The notes under the pieces: model-generated
The model's database searches: none
Told to the model about the DNA's origin: nothing
What the model saw: only the letters and a program-made list of their open reading frames with translations
Shown here: positions 15,361-22,880 of the stretch, in pieces
Position numbering within the stretch: position 1 is the stretch's first letter
Layout: every line of letters starts with the position of its first letter
DNA from: Deinococcales bacterium
GTDB lineage: Bacteria; Deinococcota; Deinococci; Deinococcales; JAAFIG01
Assembly: GCA_031414595.1 (NCBI GenBank)
Contig: JANNVX010000111.1
Location: 1-22,880, forward strand
Direction: 5' to 3'
Length of the DNA: 22,880 nt
Made by a program: the position numbers and the translations under genes

Positions 15361-17592
15361 ATGAGCCTACATTTGTTTGGGATTCGGCATCATGGTGTTG
15401 GTGGGGCGCGTTCGTTAAAGCGGGCGCTGCATCTGCTCGAGCCAGATTGTGTTTTGGTCGAGGGTCCACCCGATGCCAACGACCTCCTGCCTTTACTAGC
15501 CGATGTTGGCATGACCCCACCTGTTGCGCTACTGCTCTATGCCAAAGACGACCCATCAAAAGCTGTCTATTACCCATTTGCTGCTTTCAGCCCCGAATTC
15601 CAAGCCATTTCCTATGCCTTAAAGCAAAAAATAACAGTTCGTTTCATGGATTTACCTCAAGCCCATCAGTTATCTGATGACCCTGACTGTAGAGGTGACG
15701 GAGCTTCAAGCGACGGGGGTTGCGCCCGTGCAGATGACGATGATGTATCCCAAGACCCCCTAGGCTGGTTAGCCAAAGCCGCAGGTTTTTCCGATGGTGA
15801 GCGCTACTGGGAATACCTTGTCGAACAACGCCAAAACGACCAAGACGTTTTCACTGCCATCCTCGAAGCCATGACCGCTCTACGTCTCGAGTCCAAAATT
15901 CTCGAGCCTCGAGAAGCTGGGCGCGAGGCATACATGCGTCAAACCATTCGCAAAGCCCAAAAAGACGGCTTCAAAAAAATAGCTGTAGTCTCTGGTGCGT
16001 GGCATTCACCCGTTTTGAACCCTGAAAATTTTGACCAAAAAAACGATGCCAAACTGCTCGAGGGTCTGCCCAAAACTGCCGTCTCGAGTACCTGGATTCC
16101 GTGGACATATGGGCGTTTGGCACGTTCAAGTGGGTATGGCGCAGGCATCACCAGTCCCGGTTGGTACGCGCACTTGTGGGAACTACAAGATTCGTCGTCG
16201 CGCAACGTCATCACCCATTGGCTGACCAAAGTAGCGCATCTGCTCCGAGCCGAAGATTTACCCGCCTCGAGTGCCAGCATCATCGAAGCGGTGCGTTTAG
16301 CCGAGGCACTAGCCGCCCTGCGTGGTTCACCGATGCCGGGCTTGGATGAAATGAACGAAGTTTCTCGGGCGCTTTTTGCCTGGGATTCTGACTTACCACT
16401 CGAGTTAATCAAAGAAAAACTAATTCTGGCAGAAACCCTTGGGGCTGTCCCCGCCTCCACGCCAACTGTACCGCTTGTGCGTGATTTGGAAGCTGAACAA
16501 AAACGTTTGCGCTTTAAGCCCGATGCGGTTGCTAAGAATGTGGAATTTGATTTACGAACCCCCAATGACTTAGAACGAAGTATGCTTTTGCACCGTTTGC
16601 GGCTGCTCGGTGTGCCGTGGGGCGAGGTGATTGGCAGTAGTGGCAAGGGGACATTCAAAGAGGCGTGGCGCGTTCAATGGCATCCAGAATTTGCGGTGCG
16701 GTTAATCGAAGCCGCGATGTTTGGTTCGAGTGTACTGGAAGCCGCCACCCAAAAAGTGCTGGAAATCTCGAGCCTGACCAGTCATTTACCAACCCTTACG
16801 GGCTTACTCGATGATGTGTTGCTATCGAACTTGCCCAATGCAGCGCAATTGGTTTTAACACGGCTTGAAGCGGCTGCGGCGCAAGATGCGGACATCAACC
16901 ACCTGATGATGGCAGTACCGCCTTTGGCTCGAGTACAACGTTACGGCAGTGTCCGTCAATTTGATTCGACCATGTTGCAAAGTGTGGTATCTGGTTTGGT
17001 AGTACGAATCTGTATTGGTTTACCGAACACTTGCGCCAGTTTATCGGATGAAGCGGCTGGAGACTTGTATCCAAGAATCCTTGAGCTACATGCCGCCATT
17101 GCCACCCTCGAGCAACCCGATTTACTAACAGAATGGCGCAAGGTGCTTGGGGTCTTAGCAGTTCAGCACGGACTACATGGCTTGATTGCGGGTCGTGCTG
17201 TGCGCTTGCTGCTCGAGGCGGGTGTCTATACCCCCGAGGACACCGCCAAACGTTTATCTTATGTGGCTGGTAGTGCCACCGACCCTAACGAAGTGGCGGC
17301 ATGGACAGATGGTTTCTTGCGTGGTTCAGGTTTGGTTTTGGTTCATGATGATGCTCTTTTTGGAGTGCTGGACTCGTGGGTACAACACCTCACGCCCGAG
17401 ACCTTTATTGCCATTCTGCCCCTGATGCGCCGTACCTTCTCGAGTTTTGAAGAGGGCGAGCGCCACGACATCGGACAGAAAGTCAAAGCCCCAAGGCAGC
17501 TAAGCACTTTTCACACTACCCAAGACATAGATGCCACCCGAGCCGAACAAGTCATCCCGTTAATCCATCAAATGCTAGGCATCCAACCGTAA
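15361..17592 (+). CDS. DUF5682/YehM-family protein (DdrW-like)
   Basis: LFGIRHHG, VLVEGP, YYPFAAFSPE, REAYMR, GAWH, WIPWTYGRL, SGYGAG. Start taken as ATG 15361, 1 nt after the AAA stop. Confidence 0.9.
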   Translation: MSLHLFGIRHHGVGGARSLKRALHLLEPDCVLVEGPPDANDLLPLLADVGMTPPVALLLYAKDDPSKAVYYPFAAFSPEFQAISYALKQKITVRFMDLPQAHQLSDDPDCRGDGASSDGGCARADDDDVSQDPLGWLAKAAGFSDGERYWEYLVEQRQNDQDVFTAILEAMTALRLESKILEPREAGREAYMRQTIRKAQKDGFKKIAVVSGAWHSPVLNPENFDQKNDAKLLEGLPKTAVSSTWIPWTYGRLARSSGYGAGITSPGWYAHLWELQDSSSRNVITHWLTKVAHLLRAEDLPASSASIIEAVRLAEALAALRGSPMPGLDEMNEVSRALFAWDSDLPLELIKEKLILAETLGAVPASTPTVPLVRDLEAEQKRLRFKPDAVAKNVEFDLRTPNDLERSMLLHRLRLLGVPWGEVIGSSGKGTFKEAWRVQWHPEFAVRLIEAAMFGSSVLEAATQKVLEISSLTSHLPTLTGLLDDVLLSNLPNAAQLVLTRLEAAAAQDADINHLMMAVPPLARVQRYGSVRQFDSTMLQSVVSGLVVRICIGLPNTCASLSDEAAGDLYPRILELHAAIATLEQPDLLTEWRKVLGVLAVQHGLHGLIAGRAVRLLLEAGVYTPEDTAKRLSYVAGSATDPNEVAAWTDGFLRGSGLVLVHDDALFGVLDSWVQHLTPETFIAILPLMRRTFSSFEEGERHDIGQKVKAPRQLSTFHTTQDIDATRAEQVIPLIHQMLGIQP

Positions 17593-17595
17593 ACC

Positions 17596-17623
17596 GTAGG
17601 GGCGAGGCATGCCTCGCCCCTAC
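17596..17623. repeat. GTAG-family REP, perfect 28-bp palindrome
   Basis: GTAGGGGCGAGGCA|TGCCTCGCCCCTAC immediately after the DUF5682 stop. Confidence 0.9.
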
Positions 17624-17650
17624 CACCATCCCACCAAAAAGGAGAACTAC

Positions 17651-18316
17651 ATGTCCCTAAAATCCCAAATCCCGCAATCATGGCAAACCGCCCTCGAGCC
17701 AGAATTCTCTAAACCCTACATTCCTAAACTCGAGGCGTTTCTCGAGGCAGAACGCAAAGCACATTCAGTCTTCCCCCCAGAATCAGAAGTCTTTTCTGCC
17801 CTCGAGTTCACTCCCTTTAATACTGTGCGGGTGCTGATTGTCGGACAAGACCCCTACCACGACGACAATCAGGCGCATGGCTTGGCGTTTTCGGTGCAGC
17901 GCGGTATGAAAATCCCACCGAGTTTGGTCAACATGTATAAAGAACTCGAGACAGATTTGGGCGTGCCACGAGCTAAACATGGTTTTCTCGAGTCGTGGGC
18001 GCGGCAAGGTGTGTTGATGCTCAATACCGTGCTGACGGTTCGGGCGCATGAAGCAGCTTCGCATAAGGGTAAAGGCTGGGAGAACCTGACCGACGCAATT
18101 ATTAAGGCTGTCAGTACCAAACCAGAACCTGTGGTCTTTGTCTTGTGGGGCGCTCATGCCCAGAAGAAACTCGAGTTGATTGATACCAAAAAGCACACAG
18201 TCATTCAAAGCGCCCATCCTTCGCCGCTCTCGGCGCGAAATGGTTTTTTTGGTTCTCAGCCATTTTCTAAAATCAATGCGGTTCTAAAAACCCCTATTGA
18301 CTGGAGTCTCGAGTGA
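17651..18316 (+). CDS. ung: Uracil-DNA glycosylase, family 1
   Basis: [39 protein letters not shown]. Start taken as ATG 17651 after SD AAGGAG. Confidence 0.98.
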   Translation: MSLKSQIPQSWQTALEPEFSKPYIPKLEAFLEAERKAHSVFPPESEVFSALEFTPFNTVRVLIVGQDPYHDDNQAHGLAFSVQRGMKIPPSLVNMYKELETDLGVPRAKHGFLESWARQGVLMLNTVLTVRAHEAASHKGKGWENLTDAIIKAVSTKPEPVVFVLWGAHAQKKLELIDTKKHTVIQSAHPSPLSARNGFFGSQPFSKINAVLKTPIDWSLE

Positions 18317-19497
18317 GCCTTGAAACCGAACGCTTACGCCGTTGGCGTTTGCTGCTGGGTAGCGCGGCTGATAACTCTTGTGGCGCATGTGGTGCAGCCG
18401 ACCAGCGTATTGATCTTGCGCTCGAGTCTTTATACGGCGATGGCGACACAAAACCAATGTCGCCCGAAGATAAAGAAAAGAACCGCAACAATGTTGGTAA
18501 GGGCAAATCCCAACCCAAAGTCGCCCGTTGGCTTGGTGACATCCGTGAATTCTTCCCCAGCAGTGTGGTGCGGGTGATGCAGCGCGATGCTTTTGACCGC
18601 CTTGGCTTAAAACGAATGCTGCTCGAGCCAGAGATGATGGAAGCCGTCACCCCAGATGTACACATGGTCAGCACACTCTTGGCACTCAAAAACATCATGC
18701 CGCAAAAAGCCAAAGAAACAGCGCGGCTGATTGTACGAAAAGTGGTGGATGAACTCGAGAAAAAACTAGCTGAAAAAACCCGAGAGGCGGTGATTGGTAG
18801 CCTCAACCGTGCCATTCGTAATCGCCGCCCAAAGCACACCGAAATGGATTGGAACAGAACCATCAGGGCTAACCTTAAGCATTACCAACCCGATTATCAA
18901 AGCATTGTGCCAGAAATAAAAATTGGTTTTGGGCGTAAACGCTCGAGCCTACGCGATATTATTTTGTGTTTAGACCAAAGCGGTTCAATGGGTTCAAGTG
19001 TGGTTTATGCGGGTGTGTTTGGGGCAGTGCTTGCCAGCCTACCCGCCGTGCGAACACGGGTCGTAGTTTATGACACAAGTGTGGTGGATTTAACAGCAGA
19101 ACTCCACGACCCAGTAGATGTGCTTTTTGGCACACAACTTGGTGGTGGCAATGACACCCCAAAGGCACTTGATTACTGTGCGGGGTTGCTCGAGAAACCC
19201 GAGGACACCATTTTTATTTTAATTTCTGATTTGTACGAAGGCTCGGGCAGTGCTGCAATGCTCTCAAAACTCGAGGCGTTTATTGCGTCTGGCGTGACCG
19301 TGATTTCGCTGCTGGCGTTGTCTGACGATGGCAGACCCAGTTACGATGTCCAGAACGGAGCGGCGCTTGCCAAGATGGGCGTACCGGTCTTTGCCTGTAC
19401 TCCAGACCTTTTTCCAGACATGATGGCGGCGGCTATTTCGAGGCGTGATATTTTGCAATGGGCAGCCACCGAAGGAATTGTGACCACAAGAGCTTAA
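18313..19497 (+). CDS. VWA (CoxE-like) domain protein, YehP type (DdrX-like)
   Basis: [30 protein letters not shown]...T...D (ISDLYEG), ACTPD; GTG start overlaps the ung stop (GTGA). Confidence 0.92.
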   Translation: MSLETERLRRWRLLLGSAADNSCGACGAADQRIDLALESLYGDGDTKPMSPEDKEKNRNNVGKGKSQPKVARWLGDIREFFPSSVVRVMQRDAFDRLGLKRMLLEPEMMEAVTPDVHMVSTLLALKNIMPQKAKETARLIVRKVVDELEKKLAEKTREAVIGSLNRAIRNRRPKHTEMDWNRTIRANLKHYQPDYQSIVPEIKIGFGRKRSSLRDIILCLDQSGSMGSSVVYAGVFGAVLASLPAVRTRVVVYDTSVVDLTAELHDPVDVLFGTQLGGGNDTPKALDYCAGLLEKPEDTIFILISDLYEGSGSAAMLSKLEAFIASGVTVISLLALSDDGRPSYDVQNGAALAKMGVPVFACTPDLFPDMMAAAISRRDILQWAATEGIVTTRA

Positions 19498-20021
19498 TCT
19501 TGCCACTCGCTTAAACGCCGCAGGTCAGACCAGCCGTAGGTCACTTCACCAACACTGGAAGCTCCAACAGTCACTGGATGTAAACCTAAATCCTCTGCCC
19601 CCATGGCAATGTAGACCCGAGGGGTTGGATTACCACTGCGTAAGCGCACCAACATCGAATTAAGTCCGAGTGCGACTAAACCTTTTGCCACCGAAAGGAG
19701 CAATTGTTTACCCACACCTTGTCCTTGGTAACGTGGCATCACATATAAGGAGTACATTTCGGCTTCGATGGTTGAATGTCCGCCCCATTCAGGACCACCA
19801 GCCGCAAAACCAACCACTTCGCCGTCTTCTTCGGCAACGTAGGCAACCTCGTCGCCCCATTCTGCGCCTTCAAGAAAATGCTGCCAGCGTTGGTCGCCTC
19901 TTGGTTGTAAGGCATCAAAGGCAAAATCCGGTACAAGACTCGAGAACAAGGCTCTCCAGCATTCAAAATGCACTTGGGCGATGGCAGGAATGTCGTTTTT
20001 AGTGGCAGGTCGTATTTTCAT
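19494..20021 (-). CDS. GNAT-family N-acetyltransferase
   Basis: MKIRPATKNDIPAIAQVH, YVAEEDGEVVGF, LYVMPRYQGQGVGKQLL (acetyl-CoA motif). Start taken at ATG 20021. Confidence 0.92.
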   Translation of the reverse strand: MKIRPATKNDIPAIAQVHFECWRALFSSLVPDFAFDALQPRGDQRWQHFLEGAEWGDEVAYVAEEDGEVVGFAAGGPEWGGHSTIEAEMYSLYVMPRYQGQGVGKQLLLSVAKGLVALGLNSMLVRLRSGNPTPRVYIAMGAEDLGLHPVTVGASSVGEVTYGWSDLRRLSEWQD

Positions 20022-20088
20022 CGCTGGTTCTAGTCTAACCGATTTTATCTGGGCTTGCACAAGGAAATCAGAAAGGTATGCAGAATTA

Positions 20089-20122
20089 GGGTCGGATTAC
20101 TGGATAACTCGGGTCGGATTAC
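20089..20122. repeat. 12-bp direct repeat in the divergent intergenic region
   Basis: GGGTCGGATTAC at 20089-20100 and 20111-20122 (22-bp period). Confidence 0.8.
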
Positions 20123-20183
20123 GGCACAATGTCCTCTTGTGGCAAGGTAAGATAAGCCACATGAAACCGCGCAAGGTGACAAC

Positions 20184-20978
20184 TTGAAACTGGCAATTGC
20201 AGATTTGCACGGACGAGCCGACCTGCTCGAGGGTTTACTCGAGCGTGTGCCAGCCGACACCACTTTTGTTTTCTTGGGCGATGCGATAGACCGAGGGCAT
20301 CGTAACCGCGACACGATTCGTTTGCTGACCAAACTGGCGGATGAAGGACGCATGACTTTACTGCGTGGTAATCATGAAGCAATTGTTCTCGAGGTAGACG
20401 AATGCTTTGAGCGTTTTAAGCGCGAACCGACCGAGTTGCGGCGCGGGGACGCGCTGCTTTCAATGCAAAATTGGATTCAAAACGGTGGCGATACCGTGAT
20501 TATCGAATATGGCGGTTGGGACTCGGGTGGACAAGCCGATGCTTTTGGCGATTGGGGCTTACCACCAGAACTGATGACCTATGCCAGCCGCACCGAATAC
20601 ACCTACCGTCATGCAGGTGGCGAAAAAGGCGATATTTTGTGTGTCCATGCCGCCCCAAGCCAAGTCAAAGGCTACCGCAGCCCCGAAGACAGTATGGTTT
20701 GGGCGCGTCCAGAAGATGGTCCTTTTGCGTTGCCAGAAGGTGTTCTGCTCTCGGTGCATGGTCATACACCGGTTCATGCACCCACTCGGATTGGACAAAA
20801 TATTTTTATGGACTTAGGGGCAAAATGGACTGGACACCTTTGCACCCTCGACTTAGATACCCTAAAATTCACCACCTACAAAGGACTGGGTGAAGATACT
20901 TTAGAGAATCTACCTGTCTTTGAACCTGTGGCTGGAATTGAACCTGTGGTACTCGAGTTTGAGACAGTAGAGCTTTAA
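20184..20978 (+). CDS. Calcineurin-like metallophosphoesterase (PrpA/PrpB Ser/Thr phosphatase-like)
   Basis: ADLHG, GDAIDRG, RGNHE, CVHA, HGHTP, DLGA; TTG start after AAGGTGA. Confidence 0.92.
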   Translation: MKLAIADLHGRADLLEGLLERVPADTTFVFLGDAIDRGHRNRDTIRLLTKLADEGRMTLLRGNHEAIVLEVDECFERFKREPTELRRGDALLSMQNWIQNGGDTVIIEYGGWDSGGQADAFGDWGLPPELMTYASRTEYTYRHAGGEKGDILCVHAAPSQVKGYRSPEDSMVWARPEDGPFALPEGVLLSVHGHTPVHAPTRIGQNIFMDLGAKWTGHLCTLDLDTLKFTTYKGLGEDTLENLPVFEPVAGIEPVVLEFETVEL

Positions 20979-22261
20979 TGGGTTTGCACCAGTATTTCAA
21001 GTTCCTTCCATGCCGCTCGAGCGCTGGGTAAATCATCACGGTGACGCACTAAAAACTCTTGAACTCGAGCCATGCTGAGGCTGTCTTCAGAAAGGCGTTC
21101 AGCCAGTGCGGTGGCATCTGGAATACCCGGATAGAAGCGCTCGAGCATCTTGGCAATTTGTTGCCGTGTGGCATGACCCACAAACAAATGGACATCGCAA
21201 CGCCCCGGACGCACCAAGGCAGGGTCGAGTTTCTCGAGATGATTGGTGGTCATAAAGACCATTCGACCTTGTTGCGCTGTTACGCCATCTAAGGCGTTTA
21301 ATAAGCCATTAAAAGAGAGTTTGGTTTCAGCATCTTTTTTACGACCGACAAAAATCGCATCTATATCCTCGAGCAGAATTAAACTGCCTTCGGGTGCATC
21401 GGTCAGTAAATTGGTCAGGCTTTCATCGGTCAAAATTCCACTGGCTAGATTTAGCACACAAACACTTTTATGCAGCACACCTGCCAATGCCGTAATCAAA
21501 CTCGATTTGCCGTTGCCCGGAGGACCGTAGAGCAAGTAGCCACGCCGCCAAGGAATGCCCATGTCGGTGTACCACTGCTCAGACTCGAGGAAACGCTTAG
21601 TATCAGCACAAACCCGTTCAAATAATCCACCAGCATAAACCAAACTTTTGGGGTCTCGAGGCGGCACACGCTGCATCACCCGCCAATCATCCCAACGCGG
21701 CGCAAGAATTTCGACTCTGGGTTCTTCGGGTTTATGGACAGTTTTATAAGCCGCACCGACCAAGCGCTCTAAAGAATCACGGTTGGTGACCAAAGTACGC
21801 ACCGTTAAAGTCTCATGGAAACCAATCAGCAGACTGTTGTTTTGTTGGCGTTCCCGAGAAGCACTAAACCAAAATGTCCGATTTTCAAATTGTACTTTGA
21901 ATGTCCCGTCCACGGGTGCAAAGACCCCACGCGGCGCGTTGTCACGGGTATCCACAGCAAAACCTGCTTCGCCACTTCGTTGTGTCACCAGCGCCAAGTC
22001 ACGCATTCTCGAGCGCACGGGTTGGGTGGTTAGCCATGCTCTAAACCATTCAAAAGCATCGTCTCGAGAGTCCACTTGAACAGTCACGATAATGCGTTCC
22101 CAAATATAATCCCAGATTTGCTTGGGTAAATGCCGCAAATAGGCGATTGCCCCACCTGCAATCGCAAGGGTTAAACCACCAGTCACGACTTGGTTGGATT
22201 GCAAAGTCTTTTGCAACTCGAGCCAAACTTGGTTTATATCTGGATGTAAAAAATCAATCAT
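20975..22261 (-). CDS. BCS1-like membrane-anchored AAA+ ATPase (BCS1_N plus AAA)
   Basis: One N-terminal TM segment, DDAFEWFRAWL, GIPWRRGYLLYGPPGNGKSS, LLEDIDA, GLLNALDGV, MTTNHLEKLDPALVRPGRCD. Start taken as ATG 22261 after SD AAGGA. Confidence 0.9.
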   Translation of the reverse strand: MIDFLHPDINQVWLELQKTLQSNQVVTGGLTLAIAGGAIAYLRHLPKQIWDYIWERIIVTVQVDSRDDAFEWFRAWLTTQPVRSRMRDLALVTQRSGEAGFAVDTRDNAPRGVFAPVDGTFKVQFENRTFWFSASRERQQNNSLLIGFHETLTVRTLVTNRDSLERLVGAAYKTVHKPEEPRVEILAPRWDDWRVMQRVPPRDPKSLVYAGGLFERVCADTKRFLESEQWYTDMGIPWRRGYLLYGPPGNGKSSLITALAGVLHKSVCVLNLASGILTDESLTNLLTDAPEGSLILLEDIDAIFVGRKKDAETKLSFNGLLNALDGVTAQQGRMVFMTTNHLEKLDPALVRPGRCDVHLFVGHATRQQIAKMLERFYPGIPDATALAERLSEDSLSMARVQEFLVRHRDDLPSARAAWKELEILVQTH

Positions 22262-22375
22262 AAAGTCCTTAACTGTCAAACGCCAGACAGTAGCACAGCC
22301 CAAGACTGGCTGTGTAACAGACAATACGCAACGCAGAGGACTCAGTGCATCGGGGTTTTGGCGTAAGCCATTACA

Positions 22376-22409
22376 GCAAGACCTATGCGCCATCTGCAAG
22401 ACCTATGCG
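22376..22409. repeat. 14-bp direct repeat upstream of the BCS1-like gene
   Basis: GCAAGACCTATGCG at 22376-22389 and 22396-22409 (20-bp period). Confidence 0.85.
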
Positions 22410-22578
22410 TTTTTAATGGATCAGTCAGTCAGAGCCTCCGAAAGAATGCTATTTCATCGTTGCTAAAAATTAAAATCTTTTTGGAAGCGCTCAGGATTGC
22501 AGAGTTAAGAATTTTTCGAGTCAAAGCGCGGATTTTGTGTGCAGTCCTGTGCTGAACGCCAAAACTCGAGACTAACTA

Positions 22579-22788
22579 TTAAGGCAACAACTCAAAATAA
22601 TCCATACCAAATGGTCTGACCAACGAAAAATGCCTTCGGTCAAAAGTTGGGATTTTTTGAATCCGATGTCGTTCTGCCAAGGTAATAATGCTGGCATCTA
22701 CAAAACCAAGTGGCACATCTGGATACCGATTTATCACCGCTAAGGATTTGTCCGTAAATAACTTCCCTATTTGGAAATGATGAAACAT
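22579..22788 (-). pseudogene. C-terminal half of a PIN-domain (VapC-type) toxin gene
   Basis: RYPDVPLGFVDASIITLAER....TFDRRHF..VRP......LLP is the VapC C-terminal signature. The N-terminal DT motif is absent and an in-frame TAG lies 3 codons upstream, next to a REP. Confidence 0.75.
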
Positions 22789-22798
22789 TGTTTCCTAG

Positions 22799-22876
22799 CA
22801 GGACAGACACAGGGGTCTGTCCCTACAAAATCCATAAAAATACGTCAGGTAGGGGCGGACCCCCGTGTCCGCCCTG
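22799..22876. repeat. Inverted pair of GTAG REPs (REPIN/BIME-like)
   Basis: Minus copy GTAGGGACAGAC-CCCTGT-GTCTGTCCTG (22799-22826) and plus copy GTAGGGGCGGAC-CCCCGT-GTCCGCCCTG (22849-22876), 22 nt apart. Confidence 0.85.
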
Positions 22877-22880
22877 TGAC

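Noticed and set aside
15939-16658. Long antisense or alternative-frame ORFs (e.g. 15939-16658, 13007-13657, 14648-15253, 18294-18863)
   Set aside because: They lie wholly over well-supported genes and show no recognisable motifs; shadow ORFs.
19494-19497. Convergent stop-codon overlaps (TTAA at 19494-19497 and 20975-20978)
   Set aside because: Common in compact genomes; no further evidence of antisense regulation.
22419-22432. Hammerhead-like CUGA core (CTGACTGACTGA on the minus strand)
   Set aside because: It does not fit CUGANGA, and I could not find suitably placed GAAA and flanking stems.

Overview
Chromosomal window from a bacterium that looks like Deinococcota (Deinococcales-like). 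The basis is a glmS ribozyme, an RDRM/DdrO-type operator, -10-only leaderless promoters and a DR_B0118-like ferritin protein; GC is only about 50% by eye. Left to right: IS630-type transposase tail; glmS with its ribozyme; a degenerate DUF1537 sugar-acid-kinase-like gene; an ACT protein; a Tat-lipoprotein ferritin-like desiccation protein; EF-G2; rplY; a homocitrate/isopropylmalate-synthase-like enzyme; padR plus a membrane protein; an rqcH/NFACT 5' fragment; ruvA; a six-gene SWIM / DUF5691 / MoxR-AAA / DUF5682 / UNG / VWA operon; a GNAT; a metallophosphoesterase; a BCS1-like AAA ATPase; a truncated PIN gene; and GTAG-type REPs. Three signals stand out. (1) The palindrome CTCGAG occurs about 130 times by hand count against about 6 expected, in all reading frames and in non-coding DNA, like a highly iterated palindrome (HIP). 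(2) A gene fragment lies between two CTCGAG sites with its recalled homology ending at the second, hinting at CTCGAG-linked rearrangement. (3) The SWIM-AAA-VWA operon (ddrTUVWX/yeh-like) has a near-consensus RDRM operator inside its promoter and a uracil-DNA glycosylase gene embedded in it, suggesting an uncharacterised damage-inducible machine. All family assignments come from motif recognition, not database searches.
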